Shown: positions 9,835 to 17,767, counted from the stretch's first letter. The stretch is DNA of 24,798 nt from a virus (IMGVR_UViG_3300025606_000019:1-24798), one strand, 5' to 3'. Numbers and translations: made by a program. Notes: generated by a model from the sequence alone, not told the origin.

Positions 9835-10018
9835 CATCAACCAACAGATTGCAAAATCTGTGCGCCCACAATTACCGCGTGACGGTAGCAGGGACATGAT
9901 CCGCTGGGAACCAGGCCAACTGCCCAAGGGTGGTTTCCGGTCCATCATTCCTTTCTGCGAAGGTCCGTATGACACCAAGCAGAGTCCTACCAGCGGCGCA
10001 GGCAAGAGGATCTACTAA
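9803..10018 (+). CDS. Small basic hypothetical protein
   Basis: AGGAG at 9791 precedes ATG 9803; TAATG overlap with the next gene. Confidence 0.65.
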   Translation: MKSRLHQRDHDINQQIAKSVRPQLPRDGSRDMIRWEPGQLPKGGFRSIIPFCEGPYDTKQSPTSGAGKRIY

Positions 10019-10371
10019 TGGCTATCAATGGCGCTTTCTACCCTATGGGCAGGACGTTTGTCCTGTCTGGGACCACTACCAACCAGAGTGCAAACATCTA
10101 CGCTGACAGTCCCTGCGGTCAGTACCTGTTTGTCAATCACGAGGTTGCATCTACTGGTCAGCCGGTCTACGTCAGGATCTCTGCCACTGCCGGAAACAAT
10201 GCTGCTGTAGCCAACGCTACGTCTGGCAACTACGGTGTTCCTATTCGTCCAGCAGAGTCTCTGGTTTTGAGTGGACCTCAGTGTTCTTCTGGTTCAAACG
10301 TATTTATCACTTACATCACTGCTGCCGGTACGGCTAACGTGTACGTCACTCCCGGCGAGGGGATGAGGTAA
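10018..10371 (+). CDS. Small beta-rich protein, probable virion decoration/structural protein
   Basis: 117 aa, Thr/Ala/Val-rich beta pattern ending VYVTPGEG; coupled at both ends. Confidence 0.65.
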   Translation: MAINGAFYPMGRTFVLSGTTTNQSANIYADSPCGQYLFVNHEVASTGQPVYVRISATAGNNAAVANATSGNYGVPIRPAESLVLSGPQCSSGSNVFITYITAAGTANVYVTPGEGMR

Positions 10372-10865
10372 TGTTTGAACTCTTGTCCGGTGGGATCTTT
10401 GGTTCGCTCATAGGCGGTGTGTTTCGTCTAGCGCCAGAGGTTCTGAAGTTCCTAGACAAGAAGAACGAGCGCGGTCATGAGCTAGAGATGTTCAACCGCC
10501 AGTGCGAGCTAGAGGCGCAGAGAGGCCAGCAGAAAATGGCCGAGATCGGCGCACAGCACGAGGCTACGGTTGATGCAGGAGTAATGAATGCGTTTAACGC
10601 AGCAATCGAATCTCAAACTGAGATGGCTAAAGCTGCTGGTGGATGGGCTGCTTCCCTGTCTGCTAGTGTGCGCCCTGTTGTCACTTACTGGATCTTGTTT
10701 GTTTGGTCGGGCGTACATCTCTGGATGGGCTATTCTTCATGGAGAACCGGCCTTGATCCAGCCGAGGTTTTCAAACTAATGATGTCCGCAGACTTTTCTG
10801 CTTTGGTATCTGGCACGTTGAACTACTGGTTCCTCGACAGGACTCTGGCAAAGCGTGGACTTTGA
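10371..10865 (+). CDS. Holin-like membrane protein (3-TM/GTA holin-like)
   Basis: N-terminal hydrophobic helix, SVRPVVTY motif, two further TMs, YWFLDR terminus; directly upstream of and overlapping the lysozyme. Confidence 0.7.
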   Translation: MFELLSGGIFGSLIGGVFRLAPEVLKFLDKKNERGHELEMFNRQCELEAQRGQQKMAEIGAQHEATVDAGVMNAFNAAIESQTEMAKAAGGWAASLSASVRPVVTYWILFVWSGVHLWMGYSSWRTGLDPAEVFKLMMSADFSALVSGTLNYWFLDRTLAKRGL

Positions 10866-11301
10866 TCTATCTATAGCGGTAGCGTTATGCCAGCGTTTCG
10901 AAGGTTTCCGAGGGTCGCCGTACCTCTGTCCTGCCTCGATCCCCACAATTGGTTTCGGGTCGACTCGGTACAGCAACGGAAAGAAGGTGACTCTGGAAGA
11001 CCCGCCAATGACGCAGGCAGAAGCGCAGGCGCTATTGGAATACGAACTGAGGCACACATATTTACCGGGAGCCTTGCGCCACTGTCCTGGTCTAATAACG
11101 GACACAAAAAGGCTTAACGCCATAGTCGACTTCTGCTACAACCTGGGTGTTGGCAAATTACAGACCTCCACACTCAAGAAAAAAATTAACGAGCAGAACT
11201 GGGAAGAAGCCAAGGTGGAGCTTCTCAAGTGGTGCAAGGGTGGCGGTAAGGTCTTGCCCGGATTATTAAAACGCAGACAAGCAGAAGCGGATCTTCTGTA
11301 A
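10855..11301 (+). CDS. Endolysin, GH24 phage lysozyme
   Basis: FEGFRGSPYLCPASIPTIGFG gives the E-x8-C-x5-T catalytic triad; also DFCYNLG and LPGLLKRRQAE. Confidence 0.95.
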   Translation: MDFDLSIAVALCQRFEGFRGSPYLCPASIPTIGFGSTRYSNGKKVTLEDPPMTQAEAQALLEYELRHTYLPGALRHCPGLITDTKRLNAIVDFCYNLGVGKLQTSTLKKKINEQNWEEAKVELLKWCKGGGKVLPGLLKRRQAEADLL

Positions 11302-11345
11302 CAATTGTGTGCTATTTGACAGGTTCCGTACTACGGGACTGAATT

Positions 11346-12305
11346 ATGGCAACAAAGCCAATGATTTCTGATCAAGAATTTCTTGAGTTATGGGGTCAGC
11401 ATAACAGTGCCATGAAGGTGGCAAAATTATTAGGCATCTCTGAGCGACACGCTCACACCAGAAGGCGACAAATAGAGGGAAGGCTGAAGGTAGAACTCAG
11501 CAGCCAAGGAATAAAGTCCCATGTACAAAAGGCCAGACACCATGCCGGTCTGACAGACGGGATAGCCCTAGTCTTCTCAGACGCACATTTCTGGCCGGGG
11601 ATTCGCACAACTGCTTTCAAGGGCCTCTTATGGGCGATAAGCACCCTTAAACCGCACGTTGTGGTTGCCAATGGTGACATCTTTGATGGTGCATCTATAT
11701 CTAGATTTCCACGCATAGGTTGGACGCATAGGCCCAACGTCAAGCAGGAGTTAGATGCCTGCCAGGAGGCCATGAAAGAGATTGAGGATGCTTGTGAGAA
11801 GGCAAGACACCATACTCAGTTGGTGTGGCCTCTAGGGAACCACGATAGCCGTTTTGAGACCCGTTTAGCCCAGGCTGCACCAGAGTTTGAGAATGTGCAG
11901 GGTACAAATCTCAAAGATCATTTTCCGAAATGGCATCCCTGCTGGACTTGTTGGCTGTCTGACAATGTGGTGATCAAGCATAGATACAAAAATGGTATCC
12001 ATGCCACTCACAACAACACCGTGAACTCTGGAACTAGCATCGTCACCGGCCACCTGCATTCGCTCAAAGTCACGCCGTTTGGTGACTACAAAGGCACGAG
12101 GTGGGGTGTGGATACCGGCACGTTGGCAGAGATAGATGGCCCCCAGTTCTTGGATTACTTGGAAGACAGTCCGGTCAACTGGCGGTCTGGCTTTGCTGTG
12201 CTGACCATGAAGGACAACAAGTTGTTGTGGCCTGAGTTGGTAAGCAAACATTCAGAGGGTATCATTGACTTTCGGGGGTCACTCATTGATGTGAGTACAC
12301 TGTGA
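11346..12305 (+). CDS. Calcineurin-like metallophosphoesterase with N-terminal HTH-like segment
   Basis: Motifs SDAH, NGDIFD, GNHD, IKH, GHLH; N-terminal AMKVAKLLGISER helix-turn-helix. Confidence 0.9.
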   Translation: MATKPMISDQEFLELWGQHNSAMKVAKLLGISERHAHTRRRQIEGRLKVELSSQGIKSHVQKARHHAGLTDGIALVFSDAHFWPGIRTTAFKGLLWAISTLKPHVVVANGDIFDGASISRFPRIGWTHRPNVKQELDACQEAMKEIEDACEKARHHTQLVWPLGNHDSRFETRLAQAAPEFENVQGTNLKDHFPKWHPCWTCWLSDNVVIKHRYKNGIHATHNNTVNSGTSIVTGHLHSLKVTPFGDYKGTRWGVDTGTLAEIDGPQFLDYLEDSPVNWRSGFAVLTMKDNKLLWPELVSKHSEGIIDFRGSLIDVSTL

Positions 12306-12526
12306 GCAAGAAGTTTCCAAATTTAAGCGTTGGCAGGGGAGAGAAGTTGCCTGCCAGCCGTGGTGCTGGACTGACTGCCAAGGGCAGAGCCAAGGCTCGT
12401 GCTGCGGGATCTAACCTGCAAGCTCCTACCAAGTCAGGACCGCGCCACAAAAGTTTCTGCGCCCGTTCAAGAGGGTGGACGGGGGAGCGCGGGAAAGCAG
12501 CCAGGAGAAGATGGGGATGTCGTTAG
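12302..12526 (+). CDS. Small highly basic phage protein
   Basis: GTGA overlap; GLTAKGRAKA...KSFCARS..W...ARRRWGC pattern, which recurs in phage late regions. Confidence 0.75.
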   Translation: MSKKFPNLSVGRGEKLPASRGAGLTAKGRAKARAAGSNLQAPTKSGPRHKSFCARSRGWTGERGKAARRRWGCR

Positions 12527-13176
12527 CAACTATTCATCGTCAGAAAACAGGTAAAGTTTCTGACAAGTGGTCATCGTATCTAGACTTTTATGACGACAGG
12601 TTTTTCTACCTACAAGACACTCAGGTCAAAATCCTAGAGATCGGCGTCCAGAACGGTGGCTCACTAGAAACGTGGGCGCAGTACTTTTGGAATGCCGAGA
12701 AGATCTACGGCATTGACGTAGACCCTAAGTGCGCTGACCTCAAGTTTGAGGATGAGCGTATTGAAGTAATCGTTGGTGATTCCAAGACAACTCAGATTGA
12801 TAGCACATTTGATATCATCATTGACGATGGATCTCACCAGTCAGACGATATCATCGAGAACTGGAACGTCTGGTGGCCCAAGCTCAACAACGGCGGTTTG
12901 TACGTTGTAGAGGACTTCCACACGATGTGGATGCCTGGGTATGGGAATAACGCTATACGCTTCTTCTCGGGCTTTATAGCGGCTGTCAACGCACAGACCA
13001 AGACTAACCATCAGGTCAAGCGTCTGGAGTTTACAAACTCGGTGGTGATGCTAGAGAAGGGAGAGCCGGTGTTGGGTGATCGCCTGATCACTGGTACTGT
13101 GGCTTATGTCAACCCAGAAGTTTTAAGGATTAAGTATGAAGAAGCAGGGTTTGTACTACAACATAAACCGGCGTAG
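12517..13176 (+). CDS. Class I SAM-dependent methyltransferase (sugar O-methyltransferase-like)
   Basis: SDKW, ILEIGVQNGGSL, YGIDVD, FDIIIDDGSH, GGLYVVED motifs; AGGAG RBS 9 nt before ATG 12517. Confidence 0.9.
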   Translation: MSLATIHRQKTGKVSDKWSSYLDFYDDRFFYLQDTQVKILEIGVQNGGSLETWAQYFWNAEKIYGIDVDPKCADLKFEDERIEVIVGDSKTTQIDSTFDIIIDDGSHQSDDIIENWNVWWPKLNNGGLYVVEDFHTMWMPGYGNNAIRFFSGFIAAVNAQTKTNHQVKRLEFTNSVVMLEKGEPVLGDRLITGTVAYVNPEVLRIKYEEAGFVLQHKPA

Positions 13177-13267
13177 AAAACTTGGACTTCCTGCGAAAAG
13201 GCCGGGGCAGAAGGGTTACCCAACTGCCTCAGCCTTCCGCAGATCTGCCAGAACGGCTAAGAAATAA
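13136..13267 (+). CDS. 43-aa very basic peptide, missing from the ORF track
   Basis: Translates as MKKQGLYYNINRRRKLGLPAKRPGQKGYPTASAFRRSARTAKK; AAGGA RBS. Resembles the GLY.NI...KPG.KG.PT..AF...AKTAKK small phage proteins. Confidence 0.8.
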   Translation: MKKQGLYYNINRRRKLGLPAKRPGQKGYPTASAFRRSARTAKK

Positions 13268-13270
13268 GGA

Positions 13271-13507
13271 TCAGACGGTTTGTTCGTCGATCTCTTCTTC
13301 TTCTTCCTCTTCCTCTTCTTCGTCCTCTTCGTCGTCATCTTCCTCATGCGCTTGGAACAGGGCGTCCATAGTGGAGGAGAAGAGGCTTCCCAAGGTGAAC
13401 TCGTTGATGTTGGAAGCCTTGGCGACGAGGAACGCAACAGAGAAAAGTGAGTTCAGCGCATCAACAGGCTCTGAACCACCGATTGCGTCAAGTATCTGAT
13501 CTTTCAT
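13271..13507 (-). CDS. Small protein with poly-Glu/Asp C-terminal tail
   Basis: GGAG RBS; helical N-terminus then EEDDDEEDEEEEEEEEEEIDE. Confidence 0.75.
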   Translation of the reverse strand: MKDQILDAIGGSEPVDALNSLFSVAFLVAKASNINEFTLGSLFSSTMDALFQAHEEDDDEEDEEEEEEEEEEIDEQTV

Positions 13508-13518
13508 AACAAACTCCG

Positions 13519-14250
13519 TTAAGGTGCGGGGATTAGGGAACCTTCGAAAAGGTAGCTGCCGTAATGTCCCAGGCGTACCCAGGGTGCGGCATAGATGTTA
13601 TACCCCTGCTTTCTTGCAATTGTGCAAAACGCGAAGTCCTCCGAGAGCAGTCTAGAATTCTCCACCATCACGGGAAAGTACTCGTGCATTAAGTCCGGTT
13701 TGAACTCACCTGCCGTGTCCAGCACATCGTTGTGATAGGTGGCTACAAATGGCTTCAGACCAACGAATACGTCACGCTTGATAAGCATGAACCCAGTCCC
13801 GCCGTTGACGATCTCCAGAGGCTCACTCTGAGGAACAATAACTTCCCCTTCCTGTCCCACTAGGTTTACCACCATCGCACCCGTGTGGTTCTTGAGCTGG
13901 TCAACCGGAACACCAGCAGCAGCGGATAGTGCTACCTGATGCCAGTTGATCTCTTTCTTGGGATAGAGACCACAGATGATGTCCTTATCTGCTGCAACCA
14001 TTGACAGGATGTCGTTGGCATCAAACCGGATGTCAGCGTCGATGAACATCAGGTGAGTGCAGTTGGTCTTCAAGAACTGGTGTGCAAGACCGTTCCTGGC
14101 TCGCTGGATCAGGCTCTCGTTGAACATGAAGCTGCAAGAGACTTCCACCTCTGCTGCCTTGGCGGTAGCTACCAGTGATAGCATTGATTGCAGATAGAAA
14201 CCTGTGCACATCCCACCGTACATAGGTGTGGCTACAAATAGACTAGTCAC
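13519..14250 (-). CDS. GT-A fold glycosyltransferase-like protein
   Basis: LFVATPMYGG, ESLIQRARN, HLMFIDAD (DxD), GTGFMLIKR, LSEDFAFC, LGHYG. Confidence 0.8.
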   Translation of the reverse strand: MTSLFVATPMYGGMCTGFYLQSMLSLVATAKAAEVEVSCSFMFNESLIQRARNGLAHQFLKTNCTHLMFIDADIRFDANDILSMVAADKDIICGLYPKKEINWHQVALSAAAGVPVDQLKNHTGAMVVNLVGQEGEVIVPQSEPLEIVNGGTGFMLIKRDVFVGLKPFVATYHNDVLDTAGEFKPDLMHEYFPVMVENSRLLSEDFAFCTIARKQGYNIYAAPWVRLGHYGSYLFEGSLIPAP

Positions 14251-14558
14251 GATATATCCTCAATCCTCATTACATATTTACCGGCGGAGTTCTTCCGCCA
14301 CCCGTGTACTTCTATCCTGATCCCCGCCTCTCTGACCGGCCCTACCGTCTCAGATGCAGTGATCTTCTTGATACGGTCTGACACTCCAGATGCAGTGACC
14401 TGGACTGCCAGAACCTCGTTCTTGCGGATAGCCAAAATATCGCACCAACCCCAGAGATCCTGCCGTATCCGAGCGTGTGGATTCCACTTCTCGACTATGG
14501 CGCAGAGATAGCCTTGCTCACGCAGGTACTCTAAAGACCTCTGGGTAGGAGTCATCAA
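14247..14558 (-). CDS. PD-(D/E)XK nuclease, Holliday-junction resolvase-like
   Basis: LEYLREQGY, DLWGWCDILAI, LAVQVT; located in the recombination cluster. Confidence 0.7.
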   Translation of the reverse strand: MMTPTQRSLEYLREQGYLCAIVEKWNPHARIRQDLWGWCDILAIRKNEVLAVQVTASGVSDRIKKITASETVGPVREAGIRIEVHGWRKNSAGKYVMRIEDIS

Positions 14559-14884
14559 AAAGGAACGTCGCTATCGTCATCCACCGGCTTCTTGAATGTC
14601 CCGCCATAAGGCTTGTAAGAAGCAGGCACTTCCTTGGGAGCGTTATCAGTCAGCTCCTTGTCTTTGAAGTAGGTATTTTCTTTAACGGTGAAGTACTCTT
14701 TCCCGTTCCTAGCCATAGACTTCCAGATAGATAGTTTGAGGGTTTGACCTTCGGTATACGATCTGGTGAGAACTAAATCACCATCCCAGTCAGGAGAATT
14801 AGGGTTCTTCTTTTGGGAGGGATCTTTCGAGAAAAGAATTGTTTTGCCGGGGGTCACTGGATATTCTTTTTTGTCGTAACTCAT
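14555..14884 (-). CDS. Single-stranded DNA-binding protein-like
   Basis: KKNPNSPDWDG...LKLSIW beta core and acidic tail DDDSDVPF; adjacent to the annealase. Confidence 0.7.
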   Translation of the reverse strand: MSYDKKEYPVTPGKTILFSKDPSQKKNPNSPDWDGDLVLTRSYTEGQTLKLSIWKSMARNGKEYFTVKENTYFKDKELTDNAPKEVPASYKPYGGTFKKPVDDDSDVPF

Positions 14885-14926
14885 GAAAACCTCTGATGTT
14901 GATCTGACCTATACGATGGAAACCGC

Positions 14927-15775
14927 TCACAGTTCCTCTGATATCTCCGGGTCGGACGGTTCCCGTATTGCGTTTGGGAGGTTCGATCCCTCCCCGATAA
15001 GTGCACCCTTCAACTGAACTTTAGCCAGAGCAGGCAGGGAATCTATCTGCTTACTGTTAGCAGTCAACAGAGAGGTGATCTTCTGCTTCTTTTCCTCTTC
15101 AGTGAACTTCGAAGAATTGGTTATCTTCGCAACCATAGACCTAATGCCTTCCATGTACTCGGGGAAATCCGGGTAGCCTTTGTAAACACTTCCATCTGAG
15201 AGAAAGAGTGAAAAGGGATGGTCAGGCTTCTGCGCTTCTGCAGAATCGTTTGCAGAAGGTTCTACAAAGACTGCAGAACCCATGTCTTTGACCTGTGGTT
15301 GTGTAGGTATGTCCTGAACTTCCTCAGGTGTGTAGACGCCCAGCACAACGCCTGGGAAGACCGTCCTGATACCTTCCGATACAACCCTTGCTCGCATCAT
15401 GGCGCGTGGATATGCTTTCCAGTTTTCTTTGTCAGCCAACTTTGCTGACCTCGCCATCTCGATGGTCCAGGTGATCTTTGCCGATCCACCGGATGGATGA
15501 CTAAAAGTGGCAGTCACCTCTTCGTTAGTGAGCACGTTCCACTCGACCTTGCCCCCCTGCTGCTGAAACCGCGCCATCATGGTTTCTGCTTTGAGGGTTG
15601 GCCGACCTTGGATGATGTGATAGTCACGAGCGGCGAGAGCAGGATGATAGCCCTCTGCCTGGGCGATCAGCATCAGAGCAGTTGCCTGCTCTACTGTCTT
15701 CATCCCAAATAGTTGTGATTTAACGACAGCATTAGCCATCGTCTGAATTTGATCAACGGTTATTAACTGGCTCAT
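14927..15775 (-). CDS. RecT/Red-beta-like single-strand annealing protein
   Basis: HIIQGRPTL, NWKAYPRAMMRAR, FPGVVLGVYTPEE; GAGGG RBS before ATG 15775; paired with the YqaJ exonuclease. Confidence 0.8.
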   Translation of the reverse strand: MSQLITVDQIQTMANAVVKSQLFGMKTVEQATALMLIAQAEGYHPALAARDYHIIQGRPTLKAETMMARFQQQGGKVEWNVLTNEEVTATFSHPSGGSAKITWTIEMARSAKLADKENWKAYPRAMMRARVVSEGIRTVFPGVVLGVYTPEEVQDIPTQPQVKDMGSAVFVEPSANDSAEAQKPDHPFSLFLSDGSVYKGYPDFPEYMEGIRSMVAKITNSSKFTEEEKKQKITSLLTANSKQIDSLPALAKVQLKGALIGEGSNLPNAIREPSDPEISEEL

Positions 15776-15941
15776 GTTCAAGTCCCTCTAACATAAGATT
15801 GGCATATTCAGAAGCTGAGTCCCTAATCATCTGCTTGCTTTGATGATGGTATGGATTCTCTCGTTTGATGATAAATGCGGCCATCGCTAGAGCGCGATAT
15901 AGATGCCAAACATCATCGTCATTGACTGACTCTTCATTCAT
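15753..15941 (-). CDS. Small hypothetical protein
   Basis: ATGA overlap with the exonuclease; ALAMAAFI...ASEYANLML pattern seen in small phage early proteins. Confidence 0.6.
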   Translation of the reverse strand: MNEESVNDDDVWHLYRALAMAAFIIKRENPYHHQSKQMIRDSASEYANLMLEGLEHEPVNNR

Positions 15942-16825
15942 TTGATAAGGAACCTTCTAGATCCGGGAACCTCCCGGACAAACTGATCGTACATCTGAGG
16001 ATAGGCTTCCTTGAAAGCAGTGGCATCAAACTTCCTGCTGCCTTTAGCTGACTTCCAAGTTGCCAGAACACTACCATCAACAGAGGTCAAAACGTCCCTG
16101 TCGCGGAGGAAACGCATCACTGCTAACTTGTGCTGCTCCTCTGCATCCTCAATGCTCTTACGCTGTTCTGTAAGGCTAGAAAGCCTAGCAAGGATAGATT
16201 CAAGTTCAGCGTTAGCAGTAGCTACAGACGCCTCAGAAGTTGGGAACAGAAGTCTGGCCTGCTCGATAGTTTCAGGTTCAGGTTCTGTCTTGCTGGCAAC
16301 ATAGCCCCACCATTTAGCGCACCACTTAACGTGGTCGAGCATCATGTCAGGGGTTACATCTACCGGGATTACTTGTAGCTCCTGGCCTCCCAATAGCACT
16401 GCGAGATAAACCTTGCTGATACCGTGAACGGTAGCCTCGTGGATGCACTGCACTCTGTCGGCATCTGGCATGATCCCGGATTCATCGAACTTTCGTCTTT
16501 GTGATCCGTTGTAGTTCTTGGCTTCAACCAGGAAACTTCCATCGGCGGCAATGAAGTCGAAGTGACTTCTAAGCCAGGGTTCTTTCGGATGTGTCATCGC
16601 ATAGTCAGCGTCCTTCAGCTCCACTTGCAGACGGTCCTGCACGAGCCTGCCGATCACGGGTTGCATGACGTGACCCATCTTGACGTTCTCCTTATCGGAG
16701 ATGTCTTCAGGGGTAACCCTGCCTTGCTTGATAAGGATAGCTTCTGCTGCACGGCCATTAGCGGCCATACGGCTGTCTCCCGACCACCAAGCAGAGTTAC
16801 GGATTTCTGGGCTAAATTCATCCAC
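15938..16825 (-). CDS. YqaJ-like (lambda exonuclease family) recombinase exonuclease
   Basis: HPKEPWLRSHFD, LVEAKN, VQCIHE, YLAVLLGG; C-terminal LATWK...FD...FK..YP..Y..F....PGSRRF. Probable GTG start at 16825 with GGAG upstream, shorter than the ORF track. Confidence 0.9.
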   Translation of the reverse strand: MDEFSPEIRNSAWWSGDSRMAANGRAAEAILIKQGRVTPEDISDKENVKMGHVMQPVIGRLVQDRLQVELKDADYAMTHPKEPWLRSHFDFIAADGSFLVEAKNYNGSQRRKFDESGIMPDADRVQCIHEATVHGISKVYLAVLLGGQELQVIPVDVTPDMMLDHVKWCAKWWGYVASKTEPEPETIEQARLLFPTSEASVATANAELESILARLSSLTEQRKSIEDAEEQHKLAVMRFLRDRDVLTSVDGSVLATWKSAKGSRKFDATAFKEAYPQMYDQFVREVPGSRRFLIK

Positions 16826-17075
16826 GATTGATCTTCTCCATATTATATTGGATAGTTTGAGCAAAAAAACGAAGTTGCTGATAATTAAAATCCTGTGGAC
16901 CCCGAAACATCTTCGCAATGATAACGTCCACCTGCTTCTCTGGGAGAGGAGTAAGACGAGGTAGGACAACATACAGAGGTTCTGCGTTGTCCTTGGTCTT
17001 TTTGAGAGAGTACCTCCAATGGATGTACCCCTTCAGACCAGGAATCCCCCACCTCCACGCAACAGGTTCACTCAT
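16818..17075 (-). CDS. Hypothetical protein with EPVAW...EPLY module (Ea/nin-region type)
   Basis: MSEPVAWRW start with GAGG RBS; overlaps both neighbours by 8 nt. Confidence 0.7.
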   Translation of the reverse strand: MSEPVAWRWGIPGLKGYIHWRYSLKKTKDNAEPLYVVLPRLTPLPEKQVDVIIAKMFRGPQDFNYQQLRFFAQTIQYNMEKINRG

Positions 17076-17277
17076 CTGTGTGCACCTCGATAAGATCAAA
17101 AAAGGCAGCAGGCAAGCCGCACTTACCTTCGCTGAACATCCGTTGGTTGTAGGCGTAGGAATAGATTTTGGAGCCAGAGACGGGATGGATGGTGAAGAAC
17201 GCACCACACCGAGCTAGAGCGTACTCTGGGTCGCCCTCACGGGGCATAAGATGTTTGCACTGAATACACAGTTTCAT
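17068..17277 (-). CDS. Small Cys-rich (putative Zn-binding) protein
   Basis: MKLCIQCKH...C...C; AGGTGA RBS; first gene after a promoter. Confidence 0.75.
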   Translation of the reverse strand: MKLCIQCKHLMPREGDPEYALARCGAFFTIHPVSGSKIYSYAYNQRMFSEGKCGLPAAFFDLIEVHTDE

Positions 17278-17313
17278 AGATCACCTATAGATAAGATTAA
17301 CGAGAGAGACTGA

Positions 17314-17342
17314 ACTAGATCACAGATAAAACAGTCTGTCAA
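17314..17342 (-). promoter_or_regulatory. Sigma70-type promoter for the recombination operon
   Basis: TTGACA-N17-TCTAGT on the minus strand (perfect -35, weak -10). Confidence 0.6.
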
Positions 17343-17350
17343 CTGTGTCC

Positions 17351-17390
17351 GTTAACGGTGCTTAACGGTGCTTGTCGGTGGTTAACGGTG
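17351..17390. repeat. Four tandem 10-mers (iteron-like)
   Basis: gttaacggtg cttaacggtg cttgtcggtg gttaacggtg. Confidence 0.9.
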
Positions 17391-17661
17391 GCTGTTCTCC
17401 TGTCAGATATTCCGGACAAAAGAACCTCCAAGGTGGTAAGGCAACCACCCCACCCGCAGGGTCACTCTTCGAACTCTGCCAGTGCTCGCTTGACGCCAGA
17501 TTCAATCATGCCGAGCCTGAGACCACCCAGGAGGTTCGACACTTTTGCAGTCGCTCTGGAACGCTGCGCGGCTCGCAAGGGGTGGTACTCCCTGGCCGAT
17601 GTTTCCTTCCCTGCGGCCCATCTAGGCCCACTTCTGCGCGAGGAGTGCGGTCCTGGCCTGC
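17391..17661 (-). ncRNA. Putative ~270-nt structured non-coding RNA of unknown family
   Basis: At least six local hairpins plus a perfect 8-bp long-range helix (17609-17616 with 17454-17461). Imperfect pairs are repeatedly G-U on the minus strand. No credible ORF. Confidence 0.7.
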
Positions 17662-17746
17662 AAAAAAAAACCCCTTACTGCTGCGCCGGTCGTACCCTCG
17701 TATAGAGGCGACGCATGAGTAAGGAGTCTTCTAGTTGCGTACGACC
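17662..17746 (-). promoter_or_regulatory. Attenuator-like RNA: branched terminator with upstream complementary segment
   Basis: Stem CUCCUUACU/AGUAAGGGG followed by U9. Internal GUACGACC is complementary to upstream GGUCGUAC. Confidence 0.65.
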
Positions 17747-17767
17747 ACAACGGGTAAACCCTAACAC

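Noticed and set aside
10855-10950. Cys instead of Asp in the lysozyme triad, or a SAR endolysin
   Set aside because: E-x8-C-x5-T is a known common GH24 variant, and the N-terminus is too short and acidic for a SAR domain.
11316-11344. TTGACA with quasi-palindrome upstream of the phosphoesterase
   Set aside because: The correctly spaced -10 (CTGAAT) is poor and would put the start site beyond the ATG, so I do not call it a promoter.
13182-13499. Plus-strand poly-Ser ORF
   Set aside because: It is the antisense shadow of the poly-Glu/Asp gene, and its 5' part is out of frame with the real 43-aa peptide.
16826-16972. Long N-terminal extension of the YqaJ ORF in the track
   Set aside because: It fully overlaps the upstream gene; the GTG at 16825 has an RBS and a typical 8-nt overlap.
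17351-17390. Possible mini-CRISPR array (also 18490-18522 and 21030-21053)
   Set aside because: Units are 10-11 bp and contiguous, with no spacers and no cas genes.
17521-17545. GGTTCGAC resembling a tRNA T-loop
   Set aside because: No T-stem, acceptor stem or cloverleaf on the plus strand; the pairing evidence favours the minus strand.
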